DNA of 64,000 nt, from assembly GCA_963663965.2 (NCBI GenBank), contig CAXXFK010000035.1:1-64000 (forward strand), read 5' to 3'. The number at the start of each line of letters is the position of its first letter. Position 1 is the stretch's first letter. The DNA comes from Sedimentisphaerales bacterium (lineage in GTDB: Bacteria > Planctomycetota > Phycisphaerae > Sedimentisphaerales > SM23-30). The translations under genes were made by a program, and so were the position numbers. Under the pieces are notes generated by a model. That model ran no database searches, was not told the origin of the DNA, and worked only from the letters and a program-made list of their open reading frames with translations. This document shows positions 7,354 to 17,513 of this stretch, one piece after another.

Positions 7354-10019
7354 CAGAATAAACCTCCGGCCACGTCGTCCATTAACTCTCTTGTCATCGT
7401 TTCATATTGGCTGGATTGTTTATTGTAATCGGCAGCAGCCTGTTTATCGCCTTTAGCTTCAGCCAAACGCCCCAGATTTTCGCAGCAATTTGTCATCTGC
7501 CGCAATCGGTCAAATCTGCCAAACCGTTCTCCGCTTTCGATATAAGCTTTGTAACTTTGATATCGGCTTTGGAACCATTCCCACGCCTGATCGGTCTTTC
7601 GCAAACGCAAGGCCGTCTTATAAATGGTATCGGCCATCAGGGGGACGTAATCATTTTCATCTACTGACATAAGCAAATCCAATCCTTGCTGCCATTTAGA
7701 AGGATCAGGATTGTTACAGAAATGGTATCCCTGCGAGTATTTTCGGGTAAACTCATCCGGATAATTCATTTTCTCCAGACCATTTTTCAATAATGGCTCA
7801 TTTTCCGGTGCATCATTACGTAATAGTACCAGTTCTTTGTCATCCATAAAAACAATGGTCCAGTTGCGCGATCTTAATAAATTTTCCATAATATAAACAG
7901 AACTGGCCCGTTTAAGTGTCAGTAAGGCCACCGTAATACCTTCACGCTTAAAGATATTATTATATAATTCCGGACGGGTCAGACCAATCCATAGCATCTG
8001 CTGAGCTTGCCGGGCCTGTTCGCTTTGACTGTTTTGCAGTTTAAGCAACGCATCAAAAATGGCCGGATCATCCGGCGAGAAGCCTTTTTGCCGGACGTAA
8101 GTTTCATAATTTTTGTAATGTTCTTTCGCCTTATCATAACTTAAAGCCGGATTCAACGCCTGCCAGCGGGCAAAATGAGAAACCCGATAGGCGGCCTGGG
8201 CCCGGCCATCCATATAAACTTTACAACGAGGCTCACCTGTCTCTTCCAGGGGTTCCTGCCCAAACGCCACATAACCACCGTTGGTCCATTCGTTAAACAT
8301 GACTCCCTGAAGCCTGTTAGCGTCAACAAACTGCATGGCTCGCACGGGCTGATCATTGATTCCTACCATCCGACGAAATACTGTTCGTTCTATTCCATCA
8401 ATCGGAGGAGAAAAATAGATATTTTTCATGCTCAAACCAAAAACGATCAATACCATAAAAGCAGCTAAAGCAGTTGAACCAGTCAATATATTGCACTTCC
8501 GATCTGTAACACACCCCGTGATTGGGCAGTTCTTCATAAAACTGATTCTACTTTGCAGCATAATCAACACATCTTGTATCATACGCGCTAAATATGGGCA
8601 TAATACCACACCAGCCAGAAAAACAAACCGCCGGCTCTTCAATGACATAATAACCGTCAAAATCATAATCACAATGATTGTTATATCCGCACGGGGCCAG
8701 GAAACCATATCGTCTGGTTGTTCCTGCCCTTTCTTTCGATTGGTATTGAACTTTGGAACCGGTTTCAAACACCAGAGTATCCACCAGGCGGCAAATACGA
8801 TCTCTAGAACAATCAGGAAACAGATATAAGGTGTAATATTACCAAAACCTGCCTTGTCCCACATCGGCTTCCATTCGATCACATTGCGCCAGATGCGCCC
8901 CTCCTCTCCCACGGCGATGACCATGGGATGAATCAGGTTCTCCATTCCAAACGGGCTGAAAATCGCTGGAATCAAGGCAACGCCCACCAGGCCACCGGCC
9001 AGCCAGATGATATTTAATCTTGGTATGTGATAATAACTTTCATCTCTAACGGCGTTCAGCCGAACGATCAACATCACCAGAATGATAAGTGAAAGCAATG
9101 ATGTAACTATCGCCCAGGTTTTCCATAAGTCGGTTATCGCTTCCCCTGCGTGACGTAATCCATTCAATATCAACATTGCACCACCGAAAAATCCTGCCAT
9201 CAGGAAAAAAATAGTCATCCGAGGCAGGAAACACTGGATTGCGTATCCCACAATAGCAATGGTAAATATCAAAATAGCATAAATGAAACCGCCGTGGATA
9301 TTTGACCAGATGATCATTACGGGCATAAACCACAATAACGATTTGACATGCCCATTGCGCCAACGCGCCAGAATCATAATCATAATGGCCGCAAACAGAA
9401 TGGTACTGACATTAGGGCGCAAATCCACAAAGGATCGACTTAATAAAATCCCAAAAACGGCAGTAGCCGCCGCCAGAGAGGGGTGCACTCCGAGGGCTCG
9501 AGCCGCCCAATACGCAAATAGCGCGGTCAATATCGCCTGAATAAATTTATAGATGACAATCGAATTCTCACCAAAACCGGTTTTCATTTTATAAAACAGG
9601 ACATGGGTCAGCCAGTTTTGATTAATCCACCCGACATCTTCCAGGGTCGTATCCAATTCTTTACCCGTAACCGAAGCGGTGACTCGCTCAATAAGGGCGC
9701 CTAATTTTCGACTTTCCGGTTTATATGCCCGGGTCTCAGCGCCAAAAGGATCCTGTTGTGTGCAATGTATGCCAAACAGATCCAGCAACTTCATTTGCCA
9801 GGTCCGATTGGGCTGGTCTTTTGCCCAGGAACCCAGGGTGTACCGGCCGCAAGCCATAGCCACCCAGGTATCACCTCCTCCAATCGATTTATCGGCGCTG
9901 TGTAAACCTGCGGCAATCACAAGCAACAGGCAAGCCAGCTCAAGCCAGATATCTCTCATTTTGGACTGTTTGAGACTGGCATCATCCAGAGGCTGCATTG
10001 GCATGTTGTTTGCATCCAT
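7350..10019 (-). CDS. Large polytopic membrane protein, possible GT-C fold, with a C-terminal helical-repeat region
   Basis: Many TM segments; DTWVAMACGRY, NQNWL, LRPN, WSNIHGGF, IEWKP and YMDGRA motifs; overlaps the GT2 start. Confidence 0.65.
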   Translation of the reverse strand: MDANNMPMQPLDDASLKQSKMRDIWLELACLLLVIAAGLHSADKSIGGGDTWVAMACGRYTLGSWAKDQPNRTWQMKLLDLFGIHCTQQDPFGAETRAYKPESRKLGALIERVTASVTGKELDTTLEDVGWINQNWLTHVLFYKMKTGFGENSIVIYKFIQAILTALFAYWAARALGVHPSLAAATAVFGILLSRSFVDLRPNVSTILFAAIMIMILARWRNGHVKSLLWFMPVMIIWSNIHGGFIYAILIFTIAIVGYAIQCFLPRMTIFFLMAGFFGGAMLILNGLRHAGEAITDLWKTWAIVTSLLSLIILVMLIVRLNAVRDESYYHIPRLNIIWLAGGLVGVALIPAIFSPFGMENLIHPMVIAVGEEGRIWRNVIEWKPMWDKAGFGNITPYICFLIVLEIVFAAWWILWCLKPVPKFNTNRKKGQEQPDDMVSWPRADITIIVIMILTVIMSLKSRRFVFLAGVVLCPYLARMIQDVLIMLQSRISFMKNCPITGCVTDRKCNILTGSTALAAFMVLIVFGLSMKNIYFSPPIDGIERTVFRRMVGINDQPVRAMQFVDANRLQGVMFNEWTNGGYVAFGQEPLEETGEPRCKVYMDGRAQAAYRVSHFARWQALNPALSYDKAKEHYKNYETYVRQKGFSPDDPAIFDALLKLQNSQSEQARQAQQMLWIGLTRPELYNNIFKREGITVALLTLKRASSVYIMENLLRSRNWTIVFMDDKELVLLRNDAPENEPLLKNGLEKMNYPDEFTRKYSQGYHFCNNPDPSKWQQGLDLLMSVDENDYVPLMADTIYKTALRLRKTDQAWEWFQSRYQSYKAYIESGERFGRFDRLRQMTNCCENLGRLAEAKGDKQAAADYNKQSSQYETMTRELMDDVAGGLFW

Positions 10020-10249
10020 AATAAGTCATTTCTCCATTCGTCGACATCAAAGAATACCAGGCTTATCTGGTAATAATAATCGGTATAAAATCTCATGCAA
10101 TCCATACCATAATCATGCGATATGGTTCAGTATTTTATACTGCTTACAATGGAAAATGCCCGCTGGGCTGTGATATAAGTTCTACACGAGTAGAAACTTA
10201 TCTTGCGAGCGATCGGGAATTTGCATACCCATTGAGTATAAATCCCAGG

Positions 10250-11347
10250 TCAGGGCAGAAAGTTTTTAACACTTTTTAATTTATCAGGCAGGTATTGTTT
10301 AACGACAAAATCCAGTCCATGCTTGGCAAAGGCCTGTTGTTCGACACGAGTCCCCGCTTTAAGCATCTGGTTGATCGCTTTTTGCCAGGGCAGATAATGC
10401 TGGACAAAGGGATCGTTCTTGAGAGCGTCCTTGGCACGCTTGATATCCACATCCTTTAAAGGGTGGGTTGGTAATTGATAATCTTTGACATCCTGAGGTG
10501 TTACGCCCATAAAACTCGCCTGGGGCACACAGAAAAACTCATTCAGATGCGCGGCATTTCCTGAGCCTACTTTCAGCGTACGATAAATATTGAAATAACC
10601 ATATGGATCACCATCGACAAACGCATAAACAGGAATTTTAAGGGTATCGCTTAAACGGCGAATAAATCGACGGCAGGCGCGGGTGGGTACCCCTCCCATA
10701 CTGACCAGGATACAGTTAGCAGTATCCCAATAGCCATATTTATGCAAGCGCTGGAACATTCCGGCCGTTTCAATGGCTAGTATAAATTTAGCCTTACTCT
10801 GAAATTCCAGGTGTTCCACATCAATTGGAATGGAATAGGATCCGGATCCGAATTTGGTACAATCAATTCTCAAGCGCCGGCCTTCATTATCACGGTCAAC
10901 CACCATGAGGCGCCCGGCAATCTCGCCGCCTTTCTCTTCGGGTACAAAACGCAACTGTTCACGAATCGTCATGAACATTGCTTCAATATCTTCCATCACC
11001 GTATCCGATTCCGGTTGTTCCTTAAAACCGGCATCCCCCCAGTTTTTGCTGATATAGTACGCTTCACGTTTGGTGGCCATGTCGTCGGTTTCAATTAATT
11101 CTTTGCTCAACGCCATCATTTTCAGTGTCTGAGCAAACGTTTTAACGGTATTAACCGTCAACGTCCTTTCTTTCAGCATGCCCTTCAGCTCAAAGTAACC
11201 CGTCTTTGGGCTGTAATCGACATTAGCCAGACTACGTACCGGTACCTTCATGGTGGGAGCATCTTTTTTCTCGATCGACTTGCACACATCGCGAGCAGAC
11301 AGGACGATCTGGTCCAACACCGAGACGTTTGATCTTTTTTTAGCCAT
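10250..11347 (-). CDS. top6A: DNA topoisomerase VI subunit A (Spo11-like)
   Basis: ATKREAYY catalytic Tyr region, QPESD, TOPRIM motifs IETAG and DGDPYG, GGVPTRACRRF. Confidence 0.93.
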   Translation of the reverse strand: MAKKRSNVSVLDQIVLSARDVCKSIEKKDAPTMKVPVRSLANVDYSPKTGYFELKGMLKERTLTVNTVKTFAQTLKMMALSKELIETDDMATKREAYYISKNWGDAGFKEQPESDTVMEDIEAMFMTIREQLRFVPEEKGGEIAGRLMVVDRDNEGRRLRIDCTKFGSGSYSIPIDVEHLEFQSKAKFILAIETAGMFQRLHKYGYWDTANCILVSMGGVPTRACRRFIRRLSDTLKIPVYAFVDGDPYGYFNIYRTLKVGSGNAAHLNEFFCVPQASFMGVTPQDVKDYQLPTHPLKDVDIKRAKDALKNDPFVQHYLPWQKAINQMLKAGTRVEQQAFAKHGLDFVVKQYLPDKLKSVKNFLP

Positions 11348-11686
11348 CCGTGTTACCTAATTATTATTGAAAGGGATTTCACTTTAGTTTCAAAGTCTAC
11401 AAAATCTATAAATACAATAAGAACAATATTTTACCCGATATTTCAGTTAAAACAAGCTTTCTTTAGCCCTTAAACAGGACAAATCATCAGTTCGTATGCA
11501 AAGACTTCAGATATCAATTGAAACATTTAAATAAGAAAAAACAATTTTGTTTTACATTCATAGAACAATTATACATTTTTTCAATAACTAGCCAAAAATG
11601 CTTTATATCAGCATATATTAGTTCAGGTTCAGCCATGATAAAAAAAATAGTGTTTTAGTAATTCCATATTTATACATTATTAATCC

Positions 11687-11722
11687 AAAATACTGGGCCA
11701 CCCAATCAGCGTGACCCAGTAT
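11687..11722 (-). terminator. Intrinsic terminator after ORF 11763..13058
   Basis: ATACTGGGTCAC/GTGGCCCAGTAT stem followed by TTT on the minus strand. Confidence 0.55.
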
Positions 11723-11762
11723 AACAGAACGGATTCTATGCCTTAGATTAGTTTTTTAGATT

Positions 11763-13058
11763 TCAAGTTATTGATGAATCCACATCACCCTCTGATGACA
11801 GGTTTTGATCGGAATTCCGCTGGGTCATTCCCCATTTTTCCTGAGCCCATTGTAATAAAACTCCTCCTCCAAGTAGTACAAATGCCAGGATGAGAAGTCC
11901 AAATCCTTTGCCATTTTTCGACGCACTGACAATTTTGATGGCTTTTAAAGCGATACCAGCAAATGGTCCAATACCAGCCAGTAACATCATCCACCACATT
12001 GAAACTGTTATAGCGGCCAGCAGAAACATTAATGAAGACCAGGAGATGACCGGATAAATGGGATGGAGCCAGAATTTTTCATTCCATAGAATCCCCATTC
12101 TTAAAATACTATTCAAACCATTGTCGCCAGAATGAATCCCACTAATGTTTTGCGGAAATCCTTGCGGAAGCGGATCTGAAGCACTGATAAACATATAAAA
12201 AACAGCACCAGCCAACATCAGCCATCCCAGAATATTTACAGATCGAATTCTAAATGTCAGACAGATAACCAAAACTCCTGCTGTCATGAATATGGGCGAA
12301 AAGTACCAATATGCCCAATCAGAAAAAACGTAAGACACTGAAAATGCCTGTAAAATGCTACACAACAACAATATGGCAAGCATAAGCCATTGGGAATACC
12401 ACGATTGAAACCAGTTCTTCGAACTAACAGTCAATCCCATAAATAGTTGCTTTCTGACTAAAATAAAATGGCCGGCCAGGAATAAAGCTATCAGCCAACA
12501 TAAACCTAATGCTGCCCGATAACGTGATTCATCAGACATTAAATACATTACTGGCGCAGGTAAAGCCAATATTGATATCCAACCTGCCAAAAAAAGCCAG
12601 ATAAGCACTGACAACCTTAATTCGATAATTTTTATCATTACCCAGATTTTCAACAAGGTGGAGAAAAAAGCAAGTAAAGATAACAAGTATGCACTCGTTG
12701 ATGCAGCCAGATACATTTCATTTAGGGCGATAAAAAGAAAACCACAAAGAATCATCGTAAAGCTTGTTGTTCTCACCAGGTCTGAACTTAGATTCCTTGT
12801 TTTATGCCAACGTCCCAATACCACCAAAAGCCACATATAGAGTTCAAAGGTTATTAAAGTAATGAAAACATGAGAAGTTTCACCGATTTTTCGGTGATTG
12901 GGATCAATTATCATTCTCATACCGATTAATAGGACAATCACACTTACCCAATAAAAAATATTCGCAATCTGATGTGCAATTGGCTTTTGGGCAATGATTC
13001 TATTTGAATATAAAGATTGCGTTGATTTTGAAATGTGGGGAATTGTTTCCTGATCCAT
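11763..13058 (-). CDS. Hypothetical polytopic membrane protein
   Basis: 431 aa, many hydrophobic helices, GAGG RBS, AT-rich. Confidence 0.75.
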   Translation of the reverse strand: MDQETIPHISKSTQSLYSNRIIAQKPIAHQIANIFYWVSVIVLLIGMRMIIDPNHRKIGETSHVFITLITFELYMWLLVVLGRWHKTRNLSSDLVRTTSFTMILCGFLFIALNEMYLAASTSAYLLSLLAFFSTLLKIWVMIKIIELRLSVLIWLFLAGWISILALPAPVMYLMSDESRYRAALGLCWLIALFLAGHFILVRKQLFMGLTVSSKNWFQSWYSQWLMLAILLLCSILQAFSVSYVFSDWAYWYFSPIFMTAGVLVICLTFRIRSVNILGWLMLAGAVFYMFISASDPLPQGFPQNISGIHSGDNGLNSILRMGILWNEKFWLHPIYPVISWSSLMFLLAAITVSMWWMMLLAGIGPFAGIALKAIKIVSASKNGKGFGLLILAFVLLGGGVLLQWAQEKWGMTQRNSDQNLSSEGDVDSSIT

Positions 13059-13176
13059 AATTTACCTCGCATTCTTATGGTGACCTGAAATAAGTCATTT
13101 CAACCAATGCCGCAGGTAGTTATCAGGATTAACTAATAATATTACGACCGTAAATGTTGTTAGTTCGCTATAAAAC

Positions 13177-13207
13177 CAATAAGCCGTGTCAAGGACACGG
13201 CTTATTG
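13177..13207 (-). terminator. Terminator downstream of tRNA-Lys
   Basis: Perfect 14-bp inverted repeat CAATAAGCCGTGTC/GACACGGCTTATTG. Confidence 0.75.
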
Positions 13208-13233
13208 TGGGAAAAAGGAGGGTTTAGGAGGAC

Positions 13234-13306
<73 letters not shown>

Positions 13307-13375
13307 TTCGAAAAGTTTTAGTTTTGGAAGCTATATTAAAGATATTCAATTGCCAAGGTCATTTATTGTTCGTGT

Positions 13376-13404
13376 ATTCTAACTCAAAGGTTCGTTTGTT
13401 TCAA
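13376..13404 (-). promoter_or_regulatory. Promoter of tRNA-Lys
   Basis: TTGAAA-N17-TAGAAT on the minus strand. Confidence 0.65.
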
Positions 13405-13459
13405 CCCTTTTTTAAATAAAATTTAAACGAATTCACGTGAAGACAATTATGATATGCGC

Positions 13460-13545
13460 AAAAAAAAAGCCCGGCAGAGGGACCCTCAAAGACCCTGTTC
13501 GCAAATAGTCTTGGAGGAACTCTCAACCTCTGGGCTTTGAGGCGC
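13460..13545 (-). ncRNA. Long imperfect hairpin ending in a U tract; candidate ncRNA or terminator
   Basis: Nested stems AAAGCCC/GGGCTTT, AGAGG/CCTCT and CCTCCAAGAC/GTCTTTGAGG; GC-rich island in an AT-rich spacer. Confidence 0.4.
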
Positions 13546-13941
13546 TTATTATTTACTTTTCAATCTTATAATGGCCGCATCTCTGATTCAGTCCCACTTT
13601 TTTTCCGATTTTTTTAATTATTTCGTTTTTACTAGCTGAAATTTACCTACTCCCATCAATTTGCATAACCACACCACTACAATAAATTAACCTATTTTCT
13701 TTTATAATAAATAGTTATACCTATCTACCAGTACATTTAAGCGATTCACTTTTATAAACACGATTAATCAAAAAAAGGGCATCCAAACGTTAATACTCCT
13801 GTTAACCATAGAATCCCCCCACATTTTTCTCATGAAGATCAGGAATTATTCACCAAAGTTTGTCTCATACACTTTTATATTCTATTTTTGGATAGCAATA
13901 TCCCTTGGATAAAATATTCATTGTAAATTCAGGAGACAGGA

Positions 13942-14676
13942 ATGCAAAAACGCTATTTCAATCACTTATTTTTACTAACACTAATTCTCTCTAGTTTTTC
14001 TAGTGGCGCAATAACAGAGACCAATATTAATGGACCCGAAAAAAAACTCACTGGTAACGGTGGGATTCTAGACAAGCTCTATGGGTGGGAGAATTTGACT
14101 CGTATTGATGATTATGACAGCGTGATCACCGATCAATATTGGTCTCTAAAGCCAGGATCAGCAATGGCTTATGACACTATTGTTGCTAAGTATTCCAGTT
14201 TTAGTCTAGATCCTGGTTTTATAATCGATCAAAGCGACTCAATTTTATTTAACACCGATTTGAGCAATATTACACCCGGACAAACAGTACGCCTAGGAAT
14301 TGAAATTGATTCTAAACCTGGATTTGTCTGGAGTTCTGCAGTGTCCGATAACAAAATCATGCCAAATGGCTACGTGTTCTCCGACACTTCTGTGATAGAC
14401 CATATGGTCACTTATCAGATTTCATCATCGAGTAAAAAACATTCTGATAATATCGTCGGAAATTACATCGTTGCCTGGGAAGATTTGTCACCCGAGAAAC
14501 TATGGTATAAATTTGATGGTGATTATAATGATATTATTGTAGAAATTTCTGGCTTAGAACCAGTATCATGTCCTACGCCAGTTCCAGAACCGCCTACGAT
14601 AGCATTACTTGCAATATGTTCAATAGCCCTCATAAAACGATATCCTCATATTGCAAAAGCAAGCCAACAAAAATAA
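13942..14676 (+). CDS. PEP-CTERM sorting-domain protein (DUF4114-like)
   Basis: Signal peptide, AWEDL...DGDYND motif, C-terminal VPEP + TM + KR. Confidence 0.85.
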   Translation: MQKRYFNHLFLLTLILSSFSSGAITETNINGPEKKLTGNGGILDKLYGWENLTRIDDYDSVITDQYWSLKPGSAMAYDTIVAKYSSFSLDPGFIIDQSDSILFNTDLSNITPGQTVRLGIEIDSKPGFVWSSAVSDNKIMPNGYVFSDTSVIDHMVTYQISSSSKKHSDNIVGNYIVAWEDLSPEKLWYKFDGDYNDIIVEISGLEPVSCPTPVPEPPTIALLAICSIALIKRYPHIAKASQQK

Positions 14677-14727
14677 TTTTGATAGGTAAACATTTTATAT
14701 TAAGAATAATCTATAATATGATTCACT

Positions 14728-14756
14728 AAAGCCATTTTAAATAAATGGCTTTTTTT
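14728..14756. terminator. Bidirectional terminator
   Basis: AAAGCCATTT/AAATGGCTTT plus T tract between convergent genes. Confidence 0.75.
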
Positions 14757-14765
14757 ATGCCCGGC

Positions 14766-15293
14766 TCATTTATTAAAGTCATATTCCAACATTTTTAACT
14801 TCCGTTTGACTGCCATTTTTGAAAGCGTACTTATTTTATCAATAAATAGCTTGCCATCCAGATGGTCTGTTTCATGTTGGACAATAGTAGCAAAGAAATC
14901 GACAGCATCAACATGAAGTTTGTTACCATCCAAATCCAAAGCGTCTACTGTACATGCGGCTGCACGCCTGACTTTGGCTCTAACATCTGGAATCGACAAA
15001 CATCCTTCTTCCATTTCCGAAATACCAGACAATTCGCTAAGAACTGGATTTATAAGGACTTGAGAATCCTGACGTTTACCGGTTGGGCTAACAGTAATGA
15101 TTCTTAAGCTCACACCAACTTGCGGAGCCGCCAATCCAACCCCGCTGGATTCAATCATTACATCAATCATCCGTTCACTAAGTTGAACAATTTCTTCGTT
15201 AATGGTATCAACAGGTTGAGCAACCTGGCGTAAAAGCGGATTGGGATAAAATACTAACTGAACCTGATTATAATCCACGGGACGAGCAATCAT
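14766..15293 (-). CDS. def: Peptide deformylase
   Basis: GVGLAAPQVG, EGCLS, QHETDHLDG. Confidence 0.97.
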   Translation of the reverse strand: MIARPVDYNQVQLVFYPNPLLRQVAQPVDTINEEIVQLSERMIDVMIESSGVGLAAPQVGVSLRIITVSPTGKRQDSQVLINPVLSELSGISEMEEGCLSIPDVRAKVRRAAACTVDALDLDGNKLHVDAVDFFATIVQHETDHLDGKLFIDKISTLSKMAVKRKLKMLEYDFNK

Positions 15294-15541
15294 AACTATA
15301 ACCTACTATTGGGCATTAAGCTTAAACGGTTTTGTGACATTGAATTATAGCAAATATATTTTGATATCGTCAGAAGGAAATCACGAATTTCCACACCTCA
15401 AGCTATACTTTGTAGCTTAATATTTCATTAGCTATTATTAATAATGAATTTATGGTTAAATATTGACATTATCATTTTTTTTGCTATTGTAAGGATTTTC
15501 CATCGTAGTTCAAACCCGATATTAGTAATTATTTCATTTAA

Positions 15542-16984
15542 ATGTCAGAATCCAATCCATCGTCCAATAATTCCGTCTCCCTTGAGTTTCCAGAGGAACT
15601 CAAAAAGCGTGCCCGTACATTTTTTGAAAAGGCAGCCAGTGTTGCCTATACAATGCAATATGATTTTGCGATCGAAATGTACCTGGATGGATTATCTTTC
15701 TGGCCAGAAGCCGTCGAAGAAGGACACAAGAAATTATGGGAAGTCGCTTTACGGCGACAGGCATCTGGAGGGAAAAAATCCGGCATGGGTGATCGCTCTA
15801 AATACCGAAAGATGGCGGCTAAATCGGAAAAAGATTCCTTACTAAAAGCCGAGTATTTATGGGCCAAAGATCCTGTCAATGCATCTCATCTGACCGACAT
15901 GATCAAAGCCGCCCATAAAGGCCAGATGAAGCAAACGACTGCCTGGGTTGCCGATATTCTTTTTGAAACCAATATGAAAGCAGCAAAGCCGGCATTTGAC
16001 ACTTATATTTTATTACGTGACACTTATGCTGAACTGGAAAATTATACCCGTGCTGTCCAGGCCTTGCAACTAGCCTTGCAACTCAAACCTAAAGACCGAG
16101 ATCTGGAAGAGTCTTTGCGTAATCTGTCTGCTAAAGAAACTTTGCAAAAAGGGAAATATGAAGAAGATGGAGATTTCCGCCAATCAATCAAAGATCGGGA
16201 GGACCAGGAGCGACTTCATGAAGGTGAGCAGCTTATTAAATCCGATGAATATCATCGAGAAGAGATTGAACAAGCCCGCAAATTATATAAGCATGATCCC
16301 GAAGGCAAAGGCAATATAGAAAAACTGGTTAAGTCATTGTGTAATACTGAAAAACCTGAATTTGAAAATGAAGCGATTTCGGTTCTGGAAGGCGCCTACC
16401 GCCGCACTAATCAATTCATCCACCGCCAACGCGCCAATGATATCCGGATACGCCAGTTACGCCGCGAATTAAGGCTACTGCAAGACATTCACAAATCCAA
16501 TCCAAATGATCAAAGTACTATTCAACAGTACAATGCCAAACTGGGCGAATTCTCCAAGTTGGAAATGGATCATTTCCGGCAATGTGTGGAAAATTATCCT
16601 ACTGATCGCAAGATGAAGTTTGAATATGGCAAGCGACTGTTGCGTGCAAGAAAATATGATGACGCAATTCCTATGTTTCAGGAATCTCGCAGCGATCCCC
16701 GATTCCGGACAATTGCGCTTAATAGTATCGGCATGTGTTTCTTCTATAAAGAATGGTATCCCGATGCGATAGAATCCTTCCAGCAGGCATTCGACAACCT
16801 GGATGACAAGGAAGGTTCAATGGCCAAAGAATTGCTTTATAACCTGGGACGGGCCTACGAAGCGGATAATAATGATGAAGAAGCGCTGAAATGCTATCGT
16901 CAGGTTACTCAGATTGATTTTAATTACAGCGACGCCAAAAACCGCGTCGATGAACTGCGAAAAAAACAACGTGAAAATTCATAA
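15542..16984 (+). CDS. Tetratricopeptide repeat protein
   Basis: TPR-like repeats (LYNLGRAYE, ALNSIGMCF, YDDAIPMFQ). Confidence 0.85.
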   Translation: MSESNPSSNNSVSLEFPEELKKRARTFFEKAASVAYTMQYDFAIEMYLDGLSFWPEAVEEGHKKLWEVALRRQASGGKKSGMGDRSKYRKMAAKSEKDSLLKAEYLWAKDPVNASHLTDMIKAAHKGQMKQTTAWVADILFETNMKAAKPAFDTYILLRDTYAELENYTRAVQALQLALQLKPKDRDLEESLRNLSAKETLQKGKYEEDGDFRQSIKDREDQERLHEGEQLIKSDEYHREEIEQARKLYKHDPEGKGNIEKLVKSLCNTEKPEFENEAISVLEGAYRRTNQFIHRQRANDIRIRQLRRELRLLQDIHKSNPNDQSTIQQYNAKLGEFSKLEMDHFRQCVENYPTDRKMKFEYGKRLLRARKYDDAIPMFQESRSDPRFRTIALNSIGMCFFYKEWYPDAIESFQQAFDNLDDKEGSMAKELLYNLGRAYEADNNDEEALKCYRQVTQIDFNYSDAKNRVDELRKKQRENS

Positions 16985-17018
16985 CTTACTATACTTAGCT
17001 TTTAATAAGGAGTAACGA

Positions 17019-17291
17019 GTGGCACATTCGTTATCGTCAAAAAAAAGAATCAGACAGAACGAAAAACGCAGACTGCTTAATCGAGGTCGAAAGGGTGAGG
17101 TCAAATTTCAACTGAAGAAATTTACCGGTACTATCAAAGGCGGCAATCTTCAGGAAATTGAGACTGAATATCGCACTACCCAAAAGAAAATTGACCAGCT
17201 TTGCGCCAAAGGACTAATCCACAAAAATAAAGCGGCACGTCAAAAAGCGCAATTAGCTCGCCAAATAAACGCGCTAAAAGCACAGTCCTAA
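17019..17291 (+). CDS. rpsT: 30S ribosomal protein S20
   Basis: SSKKRIRQNEKRR...KGLIHKNKAARQK. Confidence 0.97.
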   Translation: MAHSLSSKKRIRQNEKRRLLNRGRKGEVKFQLKKFTGTIKGGNLQEIETEYRTTQKKIDQLCAKGLIHKNKAARQKAQLARQINALKAQS

Positions 17292-17362
17292 TCTCGATCT
17301 TACCCAATTAGCCGATCTGCAAGCCTAAGAGCATGCAGGTTATCGATGGATTTCGATTTTCC

Positions 17363-17400
17363 AAGCCCGGATTTGCTCAGGAGGCATCCGGGCTTCTTCT
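17363..17400 (+). terminator. Terminator after rpsT
   Basis: AAGCCCGGAT/ATCCGGGCTT stem with a pyrimidine tail. Confidence 0.65.
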
Positions 17401-17513
17401 GTTGCGCCTTATGGCATCAATAGAATTGCATGCCCCAATAATTTCTATTCAGGAGCTAATATCGGGGCTATAATAAAATATTAAATCTAAATAGGCCTCT
17501 GTTCAAGAAAGAC

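Noticed and set aside
13386..13399. CAAACGAACC similarity to the repeat box
   Set aside because: It is a partial match inside the tRNA promoter spacer and lacks TAA at the conserved distance.
17411..17431. Sigma-54 promoter TGGCA...TTGCA upstream of nfo
   Set aside because: The GG-to-GC spacing is 13 nt rather than the required 10.
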